Virus record (IMG/VR): IMGVR_UViG_641228477_000003
Coordinates: 1 to 64,000 of that record
Source of the DNA: an uncultured virus (IMG/VR IMGVR_UViG_641228477_000003)
Taxonomy: Duplodnaviria > Heunggongvirae > Uroviricota > Caudoviricetes
Length of the DNA: 64,000 bases
Reading direction: 5' to 3' (one strand)
The notes beneath the pieces are model-generated. The model was not told the DNA's origin and searched no databases. It was given only the letters and a program-made list of their open reading frames with translations. Every line of letters begins with the position of its first letter. The stretch's first letter is position 1. Of this stretch, positions 19,169-28,030 are shown piece by piece. A program made the position numbers and the translations under genes.

Positions 19169-19699
19169 TTAGATATATAGTGCGATGCCTTTAACGATCT
19201 TGGACTTCTCGACTTGGAACGATAGCAATTCCGCTTTCGCTTCCTCGAAACGTCTTCGTAAAAATTCAACTCTTGCTGGGCGCTTGATTCCCGAACTTTC
19301 GCCGACAGCCTTTTCGATTGTGTACTCAAGGTCTTTAGTCATCAGGCGCTCTTTTAACGTAGATTCCTTTTCTTCATACTCTCGCAACTTGTCCAGTAAG
19401 AACGGTCGCAACATTTCACGAACTTCAGCGCTCGCCATGTCTCGTCGGTACACTGTAATAAGGACATCGTTGTCACGTTCTAGGATGAAACAGTAGCGTC
19501 GGTGGGCGAATAATCTATCGACCTTTCCATTTGTTGCGACAATTTCACCTAAAGGTGTCGCCTTGTCCATGTACTCACGCATGATTCGTTTAACTTTCGG
19601 AATTGACAACGTGCCTGTCGTCGTATCCTCGAATTGCTCGTCCTTTAAAATCTCATTACGCATTTCTTCGACTGAATGGTTTGTGATGATTAAGTCCAT
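19169..19699 (-). CDS. Hypothetical protein (N-terminus RelE/DUF4258-like, C-terminal coiled coil)
   Basis: IITNHSVEEMR...VLITVY; TAATG coupled to sigma-like gene. Confidence 0.55.
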   Translation of the reverse strand: MDLIITNHSVEEMRNEILKDEQFEDTTTGTLSIPKVKRIMREYMDKATPLGEIVATNGKVDRLFAHRRYCFILERDNDVLITVYRRDMASAEVREMLRPFLLDKLREYEEKESTLKERLMTKDLEYTIEKAVGESSGIKRPARVEFLRRRFEEAKAELLSFQVEKSKIVKGIALYI

Positions 19700-20370
19700 T
19701 AGAATGCCACCTCCGCTTTTCTGTTTTTGATGAATGTTTTAAGTACGCTACGTGCGCTATGGAATGATTTGCCTGTAATGTCGGCTAGTCTTCTAGCTAT
19801 GTCATAATGCGTTAAACCACCGTATGTATTGTGTTTCGTGATGATATCGACGATGATTTCGTCAGTATCCTTCTTGCAATAGATGCTTTTTAACTCTTCG
19901 ATATCAGCTTCTTCGGTAACGATCTCTTCCGTAGATTTCTGTAGCATTTGTGTTTCCGCATATAATACTGTTCCGATATCCCCTTCGCTATTGTCATCGG
20001 CGTTGTTCGCAACCATGCCATCTAACATTTCGATATTCTTTCGTAGCTGTCCACGCTTACCGCAGTACTTTGCGATACTTTGCTTGAATAGGCGTGTGAT
20101 ACGTGCATCAAAATTACCGAGTTCAGGGTTATAATTCTTCACCGCATGTTGGATGCGATTTTCTGCATCGTTAACGAAATGCGTATCGTTGTTCATGTGA
20201 TGCCAATGACGTTCTCTTAACATTTCGATAGTTGGTGTGTAGTGTGCTTTCAGTAGCCACATAGCTTCTTCGCTTGTTTGTGCAAGTACCGCTAGTTCGT
20301 TTACTTCCGCTTTCGTTAGTTCATCTATCGTTTTATTCGTGCGTAGTTCGTTTAAAAGGTTAGTCGTCAT
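19699..20370 (-). CDS. Phage RNA polymerase sigma-like factor
   Basis: NELAVLAQ...EEAM, HAVKNYNPELGNF (region 2), C-terminal HTH-like segment. Confidence 0.7.
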   Translation of the reverse strand: MTTNLLNELRTNKTIDELTKAEVNELAVLAQTSEEAMWLLKAHYTPTIEMLRERHWHHMNNDTHFVNDAENRIQHAVKNYNPELGNFDARITRLFKQSIAKYCGKRGQLRKNIEMLDGMVANNADDNSEGDIGTVLYAETQMLQKSTEEIVTEEADIEELKSIYCKKDTDEIIVDIITKHNTYGGLTHYDIARRLADITGKSFHSARSVLKTFIKNRKAEVAF

Positions 20371-20480
20371 GGTTAAATTCCTCCGAATTTCGTAAAGTTT
20401 TGGTTGATACATGTACATAAGGGCGTCGTATTTCGGGAAAAGATTAAAAATCTAATTTTTTTTTAAAAAAGTTTCAGGAG

Positions 20481-20501
20481 AATTACGCAACTTGCGTAAT
20501 T
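20481..20501. promoter_or_regulatory. Perfect palindromic operator AATTACGCAACTTGCGTAATT
   Basis: 10-bp arms around a central base; upstream of sigma gene; further copies 20557-20573, 21011-21027. Confidence 0.85.
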
Positions 20502-20652
20502 GCATACAAGGTGCAACCGAAAGAACGTTCTCGTCCCCTGTGGTTGACAGCTTATTTTACGCAAGTTGCTAAATTAGACAAAAGAAAAAGGCGAGTAAAC
20601 CGACCAAAAATGGTCAGCTACTCACCTTAAAATTAAGCTATATGCGAAAATT

Positions 20653-20666
20653 AGAACGGTTGTTCT
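20653..20666. promoter_or_regulatory. LexA/DinR (Cheo) box AGAAC-GGTT-GTTCT
   Basis: Matches GAAC-N4-GTTC; just upstream of TATAAT at 20692-20697. Confidence 0.65.
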
Positions 20667-20900
20667 CTTTTCAACATATGAAACCTTAGATATAATAAGT
20701 TTACAGAAGTTAAGAGGAAGTAAATTGCTAGTTATAGCAAAAAATTCCACTAACTCTGTACAGTGTAGTCCCTTGTTTTCGTGGTGAAGATAAGGTACAC
20801 TAGTCATTTGGTTTGCTTGTGGTGAGCGAATCGATATTGTAGTTAAAGAAGGGGCGCTGTGGTGGCGCTCCTTTGCCTGTTTATGTAAAAACAAAAAAAG

Positions 20901-21010
20901 TAAGTTGGTTAATCTCACTCGTAAGGAATAAGAATGGTTAGTTCTTATTTAAATAAAACAAGACTGGTTAGGTCTTATTTAGGTACGAAAAGACTGGTTA
21001 GGTCTTATTT
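20901..21010 (+). repeat. 30-bp-period array of AAGAmTGGTTAGkTCTTATTT (3 full + 1 degenerate)
   Basis: TGGTTA at 20906, 20935, 20965, 20995. Confidence 0.9.
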
Positions 21011-21164
21011 TTTCGCAAGTTGTGTAATTCGAAATCAGACTACTTGCCATACTTTTCTATTATAACAAAGATTATCCATTATGTAAATGACTTCACGACC
21101 TTTTCGGTCGATTCGACATACGGTCGTCATACCTTTAATTCGAGTGCTTAAAGGAGGTACTTTT

Positions 21165-21611
21165 ATGAAAAATACATCTACTGAATCTACAGCGAAGAAG
21201 GCGAAGACGGCGAAAAAGAAACCGCAAAAGAAGCCACAGCCACACGCTGAATTTATGGAGATATCGCAGTATTTGCGAAAAGTAAGGGAATCGAAAGGTC
21301 TTACACTAGTTGATGCAAGTGAGAAGATCGGAATTGGATTCGTATTTCTGAGCGAAATTGAAAGGGCTTTAAAAGCGCCATCAACTATTGCTATTCAAGG
21401 AATTGCGAGAACGTACGGAATAAACGAGTGCGAAATAGCGTTAGCATACCGTAAAGTTCCGATTAGCGTACTCGATGCTTTAACGGAACATAAAGAAGTG
21501 CTTAATATAATCTATGACGTCACGAACAATGAGAAAATAACGCAAGGAATCAGAGAAAAGTTCTACGGTGATGTGTTTGAAATTTATAGTAACATAGTAA
21601 TCTCAAAGTAG
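21165..21611 (+). CDS. XRE-family repressor (CI-like)
   Basis: LRKVRESKGLTLVDASEKIGIGFVFLSEIERALKAPS; AAAGGAGG RBS; divergent from lytic operon. Confidence 0.85.
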   Translation: MKNTSTESTAKKAKTAKKKPQKKPQPHAEFMEISQYLRKVRESKGLTLVDASEKIGIGFVFLSEIERALKAPSTIAIQGIARTYGINECEIALAYRKVPISVLDALTEHKEVLNIIYDVTNNEKITQGIREKFYGDVFEIYSNIVISK

Positions 21612-21660
21612 AAAGTAGAATATCAAAATTTATAAATAAACATAAAAAGAAGCCCAAACC

Positions 21661-22638
21661 TTACGCTACCTTAAATAACGCAGGTTCTAGGGCTTTTTTA
21701 TTTGCGATTGCTTCTGTTAATTGGTGCGGTGTCATGTCGTTTAAATCCTTGCAACCATCGGGAAACTCAATACTATACAGCCGTATCGCTCCACTGAATT
21801 CAGATTCAATTTGCTTACGTAACTTCTCACCAGCTTTATCGTTATCTGATGCGATGATTAGTTCCTTGATTGGACTACGTCTGATTACGGACGCTTTCTC
21901 TTTCGTTAATGACGATGTTCCTACGCCAAGTCCAAGAATGCCTGTAACTGAATATCCGTACATTGCGTCGATTTCCGCTTCTGTTACGATAGCGATCTCG
22001 TGATTGTCTCGATGTGCCAAGTCAATTCCGTAGACCAGTTCTCGCATCGGTACGCCACCGCCTTCGTAGAAGAACATTTTCGAATCAGTGCGTCGTTTTT
22101 TAAGGGCTGCTAGACGCCCATTAGGTGTTAAATACGGAAACATTACGAGTCCTTTAGCTTCATCATACACTGTAGTGTAGTATTCTTGAGTCTCATAAGA
22201 TACGCCACGACCGTGCAAGTATTCGCTGTGTACCGTCAATCCTTCGATTAATGACATTGGTAATCCCCTCACTTCCGTTTTCATTTTGATTCGTGATAAA
22301 TCGATTTCTAATTTCGTTGTTCCGTCCCAGTCGGACGCATATTCTTCTAGTAAATATTCGATAACTTCTTCTTCGCTACAGTCTCGCAGGAATGAAAGTA
22401 ATTGCGTGAAATGTCCTTTCTGATGCTCTCCACCGCCACCACTATCTCCCCAAGAACCAGCGAATGCAGTCGCAGTATCTTGTAAGTAAACGTAGAATGA
22501 TGGTGAACTATCATAACGAAATGGAGAACAAGCGATAAGCCTGTCCGCACTCCACTTCGCACGATACCAGTTATAGTCTTCGATTTCTCGTTCGACATCT
22601 ACGTCCACATCACGACCACGTATCGATATAATCGCCAT
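21661..22638 (-). CDS. dnaG: DNA primase (TOPRIM, degenerate Zn-binding N-terminus)
   Basis: CSPFR...PSF, TEAEIDA, ASDNDKAGE, CKDLND. Confidence 0.9.
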   Translation of the reverse strand: MAIISIRGRDVDVDVEREIEDYNWYRAKWSADRLIACSPFRYDSSPSFYVYLQDTATAFAGSWGDSGGGGEHQKGHFTQLLSFLRDCSEEEVIEYLLEEYASDWDGTTKLEIDLSRIKMKTEVRGLPMSLIEGLTVHSEYLHGRGVSYETQEYYTTVYDEAKGLVMFPYLTPNGRLAALKKRRTDSKMFFYEGGGVPMRELVYGIDLAHRDNHEIAIVTEAEIDAMYGYSVTGILGLGVGTSSLTKEKASVIRRSPIKELIIASDNDKAGEKLRKQIESEFSGAIRLYSIEFPDGCKDLNDMTPHQLTEAIANKKALEPALFKVA

Positions 22639-22642
22639 GTAA

Positions 22643-22813
22643 TCACTTCCTTCTGAATGTTGTCGATATCGGGAAGATGACCGTTCCTGAATCATCACGT
22701 ATGAAGAAACCGATGCCCTGTACCTTCTCGACTTCGTATTCTCGACCTTTCGTAGTATGGTCGTACTTGTCCGAATTAGTGGCGATTAGAATATCACCTA
22801 CCTTTAGTTCCAT
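22643..22813 (-). CDS. 56-aa SH3-like protein MELKVGDILIAT... (not in ORF track)
   Basis: AAGGAG RBS, fills gap exactly. Confidence 0.65.
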   Translation of the reverse strand: MELKVGDILIATNSDKYDHTTKGREYEVEKVQGIGFFIRDDSGTVIFPISTTFRRK

Positions 22814-22825
22814 ATAGATCGCTCC

Positions 22826-23323
22826 TTAGTTTAAATCAATATTGAATGTTTCTTGAATCGTTCCTTCGGGAACATAGATATACTTCGCTGTATCAAAGAA
22901 CGGCGCAGTTATGAAGTTTGCGAATGTACTTTTATACACGACCTCAGTGCGTTCGATTCTCGGTTTCGAGCCGTCTTTAATGTATCGTAACTCATCGATA
23001 TCGTTCGCTTTTTCGAAGTCAATCGCATATCCGTCGCCTTTCTTCATTGCGTATTTGTACACTAAATCACCGTCGATACTTCCCGAACCTAAGAACATTC
23101 GACCACTTACCGATGAACCATCGTTCAATGCGATTAATTCCGTTACATCACGTTTGACTACTTTTTCGTTTTGCGATTCAATAGCCGATAACCCTCCGAA
23201 GAATATTAGTCCAAACGTAATGACTATCGTTGACATCATTAAGAATGTCCAGTCTTCATTGATGCAAAACACGATAAACCCAGCGATAAACGCTATCGCT
23301 AATGAGATTAATAATAGAATCAT
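22826..23323 (-). CDS. Membrane protein (2 TM + external domain)
   Basis: Hydrophobic N-terminus; SGRMFLGSGSI. Confidence 0.7.
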   Translation of the reverse strand: MILLLISLAIAFIAGFIVFCINEDWTFLMMSTIVITFGLIFFGGLSAIESQNEKVVKRDVTELIALNDGSSVSGRMFLGSGSIDGDLVYKYAMKKGDGYAIDFEKANDIDELRYIKDGSKPRIERTEVVYKSTFANFITAPFFDTAKYIYVPEGTIQETFNIDLN

Positions 23324-23379
23324 ATATTCGCCCCCTAAGTAACATTCCGACAACTATTCCTATGATAAACGCCCACATC

Positions 23380-24738
23380 TTACCAATCATCCTTTAATGC
23401 TTCGGCTTGTAACGCACCTGTCGGCATTTGTTCGATAATTCCGTAACCAGCTAGGTAGATAAGATTAACTTGTGTACCTTCACCGCCATTACGACCTTTA
23501 CCGAGTTTGATAACACCCTCGCCATCGAGCGTATCAATACCGAAGGTATTCGTTGCATCTTCGAGAACTTGCTTCGTCTTCTTGATTTCATCACGATGCG
23601 GTGGTCTTAGTACACGAGATTCCGTTTCCTTGTCGTTCTCGTCCTTCGTTTCTTCCGCCTGTGTAATTACGAGAAGTACAGTCTTAGTTCTACCAGCTAA
23701 ATGACGCAGTTGCATCGATAGGGCCGCATAGTTACCGCCATTTACTCCTGATTCATTTCGTGGTGTGTGCATGTAATAGAATGGGTCAACTAACACCACA
23801 TCCGCCTTGCTGTTGATGATGTCTTGTTCTAATGCCTTATAACTACGGTCAATGAAATTTTCACAATCCACTCCACGGATTACGATATTCCCTTTGATGT
23901 GTTCGTTTATATTCTTTAGGAAGTCTTCGAAGTGTTCTTCGTGTTCATCCGATAATTCACCCATTAACAAGTGCTTCGTATTGAATCCAGCACCATATTC
24001 GATACCTTTGACTTGCGTTCTGAACATCTTCTTCTTCGCAGATACTAGCGAATAGATACGCACCAGCACTTCGTACTTGGACATTTCCAGCGCCCATATT
24101 AATACGTTTGCGCCTTGCATTCCCATTTCAACTACTTCCGCCAGTGTTGTCGCTGATTTACCACGACCTGAACGTCCATAGAACGTATACATGTTTCCGC
24201 TGAAGTAACCGCCAATTGCATCGTTAATATCGCTGAACTTCGATAACCATACTTTGAATGATTCGCCAGCTTTGCGATTACGGTATTCCGTTAAGAAATC
24301 TTCCGTATCGACCTTCGCATCCGTACCGATCTTGCCACCAATTGTATTAAGGTCTAGTACTTTCTGTACTTTCTTCGCTAACCATTCGCCATATTCAATA
24401 CCTTCGCCGTCAGGCATTTCCGTGAACATCTTCGACGCTTCGCCTTGTAACAGCTGTAAGAATCCGTACTTTGCGTTATTACCCTTCAGTTCACGCACTA
24501 AATATTCGTAGCTGTCTCCTACATTCGGCTCGTAGTTGAAATCCATAACTTGCTCGACTACTGTATCGAATGGTGGCGCTTGATTACGGTTCTTTATCGC
24601 ATAATCCTGAATGAATTTGAATGCGTCACGTTCTTCTTGCGTTCTGAAATGGTCAGGGCGAAGATTGAATCGGACAATCGCTTGTGGGTCATTCAGTTGA
24701 ACAATCTTACTTAGTAGCTTTTCTCCTGTTCTACTCAT
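23380..24738 (-). CDS. dnaB: Replicative SF4 helicase
   Basis: GRSGRGKS, LEM, VLVDPFY, ITQ, KGRNG. Confidence 0.92.
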   Translation of the reverse strand: MSRTGEKLLSKIVQLNDPQAIVRFNLRPDHFRTQEERDAFKFIQDYAIKNRNQAPPFDTVVEQVMDFNYEPNVGDSYEYLVRELKGNNAKYGFLQLLQGEASKMFTEMPDGEGIEYGEWLAKKVQKVLDLNTIGGKIGTDAKVDTEDFLTEYRNRKAGESFKVWLSKFSDINDAIGGYFSGNMYTFYGRSGRGKSATTLAEVVEMGMQGANVLIWALEMSKYEVLVRIYSLVSAKKKMFRTQVKGIEYGAGFNTKHLLMGELSDEHEEHFEDFLKNINEHIKGNIVIRGVDCENFIDRSYKALEQDIINSKADVVLVDPFYYMHTPRNESGVNGGNYAALSMQLRHLAGRTKTVLLVITQAEETKDENDKETESRVLRPPHRDEIKKTKQVLEDATNTFGIDTLDGEGVIKLGKGRNGGEGTQVNLIYLAGYGIIEQMPTGALQAEALKDDW

Positions 24739-24749
24739 CTAGCACCCTC

Positions 24750-25778
24750 CTAAAATACCTTCCGAACGTTTGGATTGAATGTGTGCGAGAACTTGTCTAT
24801 CATTTCCTGACGACGTTTCTCGTTAACTATCTTTCGTTCTTCCAGTTTCTTCGTGTATTCCTCGTCCCACGGACATTCGATTCCTTGGTCAAGATATACG
24901 TCACCTAACCATTTCATTGACGCTTTATATTTCAACGGCTCATGGTCGAATAGTATCTTCAAGTCCTTCGATAGATTGCGACTGAATGGACATCCGATAC
25001 AGCCAGTTCTATCAGCGCCGTACACTTCGTAAGCATCCGATAGTTTGACATTGTATTTCTCGATGAACTCTTCGCAGATTTCGTCAGACCAGTCGATAAT
25101 CGGCATTGACATCAGATAGTCACGCTTATTCTTACCTTTTCCGATTGACTTCAGCATTACGCAAGACTTATATGCAAGCGCCCTTTGTCCACCTTCGGCA
25201 GTACGTACGCCAGTGAATGCGCCGTTCATATCATGCTCTTTTGCGAAGTCGTAGAATGGAAACTTCTTCATATATTGACAGCACATATTCGCAACCTTAT
25301 ACTCTAGGTCAGGGTGTAACATATGGAATTGCTTGATACTCAATGCAACTTGAGATCGGTAACCTTGTTTCTCCCCAGCTTTCTCGGCTTCTCCTGATAT
25401 CAACTGTCTAGTACGTGCTTTCGATAATGGTGCATCAATATTACGTTGGTAAGTTCCCATTAACTCACTCTTCGTCTTGCCCATCGTCGGCTTACCGTAC
25501 TCCTTCAGAATTTGTCCGAAAGGCTTACGTGGTTTTAGAATGTGAATATTATCGTACGGATAGTTCTTTACGTGTCGTACAGTTGCATCTAGTTCGATTC
25601 GTGTGTCGGCAAACACAAACGGAATCTTTGTTGGCAAGTCCGCCATTTTGATTAATTCCGCTAGAATCGTACTATCCTTTCCGCCACTGAACGACAAGTA
25701 GATTTTACCGTTCGTACGTTTATATTCACGCTTGATTCGGAAGAGTGCGTCCTCTATCGCCATTTCTAGATTAAGCAT
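24750..25778 (-). CDS. PAPS reductase-family PP-loop protein
   Basis: SFSGGKDS, CC...KK, GVRTAEG..R, RTGCIGCPF. Confidence 0.88.
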   Translation of the reverse strand: MLNLEMAIEDALFRIKREYKRTNGKIYLSFSGGKDSTILAELIKMADLPTKIPFVFADTRIELDATVRHVKNYPYDNIHILKPRKPFGQILKEYGKPTMGKTKSELMGTYQRNIDAPLSKARTRQLISGEAEKAGEKQGYRSQVALSIKQFHMLHPDLEYKVANMCCQYMKKFPFYDFAKEHDMNGAFTGVRTAEGGQRALAYKSCVMLKSIGKGKNKRDYLMSMPIIDWSDEICEEFIEKYNVKLSDAYEVYGADRTGCIGCPFSRNLSKDLKILFDHEPLKYKASMKWLGDVYLDQGIECPWDEEYTKKLEERKIVNEKRRQEMIDKFSHTFNPNVRKVF

Positions 25779-25987
25779 TAATATCGACCTCTCTTTCCAC
25801 TCTTGTGTGCGATGAAATCACGAAACTGTTTCTTTTGTTCTTTCTTGTACTCTTTTTCGTCATACTCGATAGCGCCCTCAAGTGCGATTTTCCTACACGA
25901 TTCCGCCAACTTCTCGGCTTCTTCACGATTCCACCATAACGACGTCATAATGTGTTTGATTGCGTCCTTCATTGGATATCTCATCAT
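25778..25987 (-). CDS. Hypothetical protein
   Basis: Coupled overlaps both sides. Confidence 0.55.
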   Translation of the reverse strand: MMRYPMKDAIKHIMTSLWWNREEAEKLAESCRKIALEGAIEYDEKEYKKEQKKQFRDFIAHKSGKRGRY

Positions 25988-26748
25988 TTCCGCTTCGCCC
26001 CTCTCTTGCTGTCGCCTGTGAACGTGAATTGAATCGTCATGTCCTTAATTCGGTCAGCTAGTCGTTCTTCTCGGAAGATACGTGGTAGTTCCGTAAGTGG
26101 TACATTGCTCGTATAGATCGTTGGCAGCTCCTCAACATTTCGATGATTAATCAGCGCATGTAAGTCCATTCGAAACGCATCCGATACATCTTCACGTACT
26201 CCAATGTCGTCCATAACGAGCATAGGTGCGTTTCTAGCGATGCTTTCCATACCGTAGTATTCAGCGCTTGCTTTCTCTGCTATATGGCGTGGTACGCCGT
26301 GTCTAGTGAACTGTGTATACAGCTTGTTCCAGTAGTTGACGTCGAAGAAATACGCTGGGAACTGTTGTGGCTGTAGACCTCGCTTAACACTTCCTACGTA
26401 ATGCCGTACGATGAATTCGTTTAGCAATGCGCATGCGGTTGTGGTCTTGCCGTTCCCTGTCTTCGGACTATAGATATACAGCCCTTTGATTTGCGTACTT
26501 CCTTCGTATTCCTCGCCGAATTGACGTACGAAGGTTTTGATGTACTTGTCTAGCTTTGCGTAAATCCTCGGCTCGTCCGCTCGTACGACGCTATCCTGAA
26601 CGAGAACGTCACGATATTGCTTCGGTACATTTGCGTTCGAAACTCGACCACCTTCGCCACTCAATCCGTGGATAGCGATGTAGTGCGGTAGCAATTCCGC
26701 ATCAGTAATCGAATCGGCTACGGCAAAACGTAAGATTCCTTTCTTCAT
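25984..26748 (-). CDS. DnaC/IstB-like helicase loader ATPase
   Basis: KTGNGKT, LVMDDIG, PTIYTSN, RLADRI. Confidence 0.9.
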   Translation of the reverse strand: MKKGILRFAVADSITDAELLPHYIAIHGLSGEGGRVSNANVPKQYRDVLVQDSVVRADEPRIYAKLDKYIKTFVRQFGEEYEGSTQIKGLYIYSPKTGNGKTTTACALLNEFIVRHYVGSVKRGLQPQQFPAYFFDVNYWNKLYTQFTRHGVPRHIAEKASAEYYGMESIARNAPMLVMDDIGVREDVSDAFRMDLHALINHRNVEELPTIYTSNVPLTELPRIFREERLADRIKDMTIQFTFTGDSKRGAKRK

Positions 26749-26759
26749 TTCGTTCCCTC

Positions 26760-27134
26760 CTAGAATTCAATATCGTCCATGTCGTCTTGCTCGACAGCGA
26801 TCTGCTTTTGTCGTTGCATCGCAAGTTGTACGTCAGGCATTACTTGCGCCTTCATATACGTGGACATAAACCAAAACGTAGCAACCTTGAATTGTGCGCT
26901 TCCCCTGTATTGCTTCAGGCACTCATCGATAAACATCTTCGTTTCTTCCTTGCCGAACTCGTCATACATTCGTTTAATCATCGACACGTCAATCTTGATT
27001 CCCTTTGCTGAAAAGTAATCGATGCCTCTACGCTGTCTATGTGCGTCGCATAAGTACGCAAAGAACGTATGGCTGTTCCAGTCCTTGATTTCTCTAGACT
27101 TCCAATCCTTTGCTGGCGGTAGTTTCTTAGCCAT
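26760..27134 (-). CDS. Hypothetical replication protein (possible initiator C-terminal partner)
   Basis: Between HTH initiator and loader; own phage promoter motif. Confidence 0.6.
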   Translation of the reverse strand: MAKKLPPAKDWKSREIKDWNSHTFFAYLCDAHRQRRGIDYFSAKGIKIDVSMIKRMYDEFGKEETKMFIDECLKQYRGSAQFKVATFWFMSTYMKAQVMPDVQLAMQRQKQIAVEQDDMDDIEF

Positions 27135-27233
27135 AAAATCATCTCCTTTACTCACATAAGGACATTACTGCGTATAAATAGGTCATATATTTCTGTCCTA
27201 TACTCTTACTGCGTTTCTTTACGCAGAGTAATG

Positions 27234-27305
27234 TTTATAATGGCTATAGTTATTTATGGTTCTAGTTAGTGAGTGGTTGAGCCATGATAGGTAGACCGCT
27301 CATGG
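27234..27305 (-). repeat. Copy 1 of 72-73 bp inverted repeat (origin/recombination-site candidate)
   Basis: Reverse complement of 27257-27305 equals 56720-56768 (49/49). Confidence 0.95.
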
Positions 27306-27653
27306 ATGTAGTTCTGTCGAGAACCTAAACGCAACATTCGGATTAATCAAGTACCTTGTATTCGAGAATTGATTTCCTTCATGTCGCCCCTTGATCGCTG
27401 TTACTAACTTCTCACCCTGCCATTCGACTTCGCATAATCGCCTGATGCGTATGCCAGCCGTTTCCCTACGTACACCCATCGCTCTAGCCAGCTGTGATTG
27501 CGAAGGATAGCAATAGCCGTCCCTGTCCATATATGTAGCCAGTGCGCTATACGTTTGCCAAAGTTCCGAGCCTAAGTACGCCATGAGTCCATTACGGACA
27601 CCTGCGAACATCTTGATAAATACCTCGCCTTGCTGTACGCCACCGTTCTGCAT
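27300..27653 (-). CDS. Winged-HTH replication-initiator-like protein (HTH_36 type)
   Basis: YSALATYMDRDGYCYPSQSQLARAMGVRRETA...NTRY. Confidence 0.8.
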   Translation of the reverse strand: MQNGGVQQGEVFIKMFAGVRNGLMAYLGSELWQTYSALATYMDRDGYCYPSQSQLARAMGVRRETAGIRIRRLCEVEWQGEKLVTAIKGRHEGNQFSNTRYLINPNVAFRFSTELHP

Positions 27654-27749
27654 ACACATCACTCCTTTACGTACATAAGGACATGAAGACGCAAAAAAAG
27701 ACGCTACCCGATTGGGTAACGCCTAATAATCATGCATCATATTAAGTTA

Positions 27750-28019
27750 CTATAGTTCGAATTCTTCTATATCGTCATTGCTTGACTTCGGAGGTTTCGT
27801 TTCAGTTCCCTGCTCACGATTTCCTTGCGAGAACAGCCCTGTCTCGATACTCGAAATCATGTTATCGATTGCCGTTTGCTTTGCGTTCTCCATGCGTACA
27901 TATACTTTCATCGCTTCTATTACGTGATACTGCGTCGGCTTACCTTCGAGAAAGTCGTTAATCATCTTCTCATCGGGATTCGTCGTGTTACATTTGAATG
28001 AATGTTGTTTTACTGCCAT
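27750..28019 (-). CDS. ParR-like centromere-binding adaptor
   Basis: Small RHH-like N-terminus, acidic tail, directly after ParM. Confidence 0.65.
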   Translation of the reverse strand: MAVKQHSFKCNTTNPDEKMINDFLEGKPTQYHVIEAMKVYVRMENAKQTAIDNMISSIETGLFSQGNREQGTETKPPKSSNDDIEEFEL

Positions 28020-28030
28020 CTGTAACCCTC

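Noticed and set aside
20521..20532. AAGAACGTTCT palindrome (also 56921) as SOS box
   Set aside because: Lacks the 4-nt spacer; two copies are too few to call
20901..21010. CRISPR mini-array
   Set aside because: Linkers are only about 9 nt and no cas genes are present
20420..21165. Arbitrium (aimR/aimP) system
   Set aside because: No TPR receptor or signal-peptide ORF
24750..25778. Dnd phosphorothioation or 7-deazaguanine pathway
   Set aside because: No dnd, que/fol or dpdA partners visible
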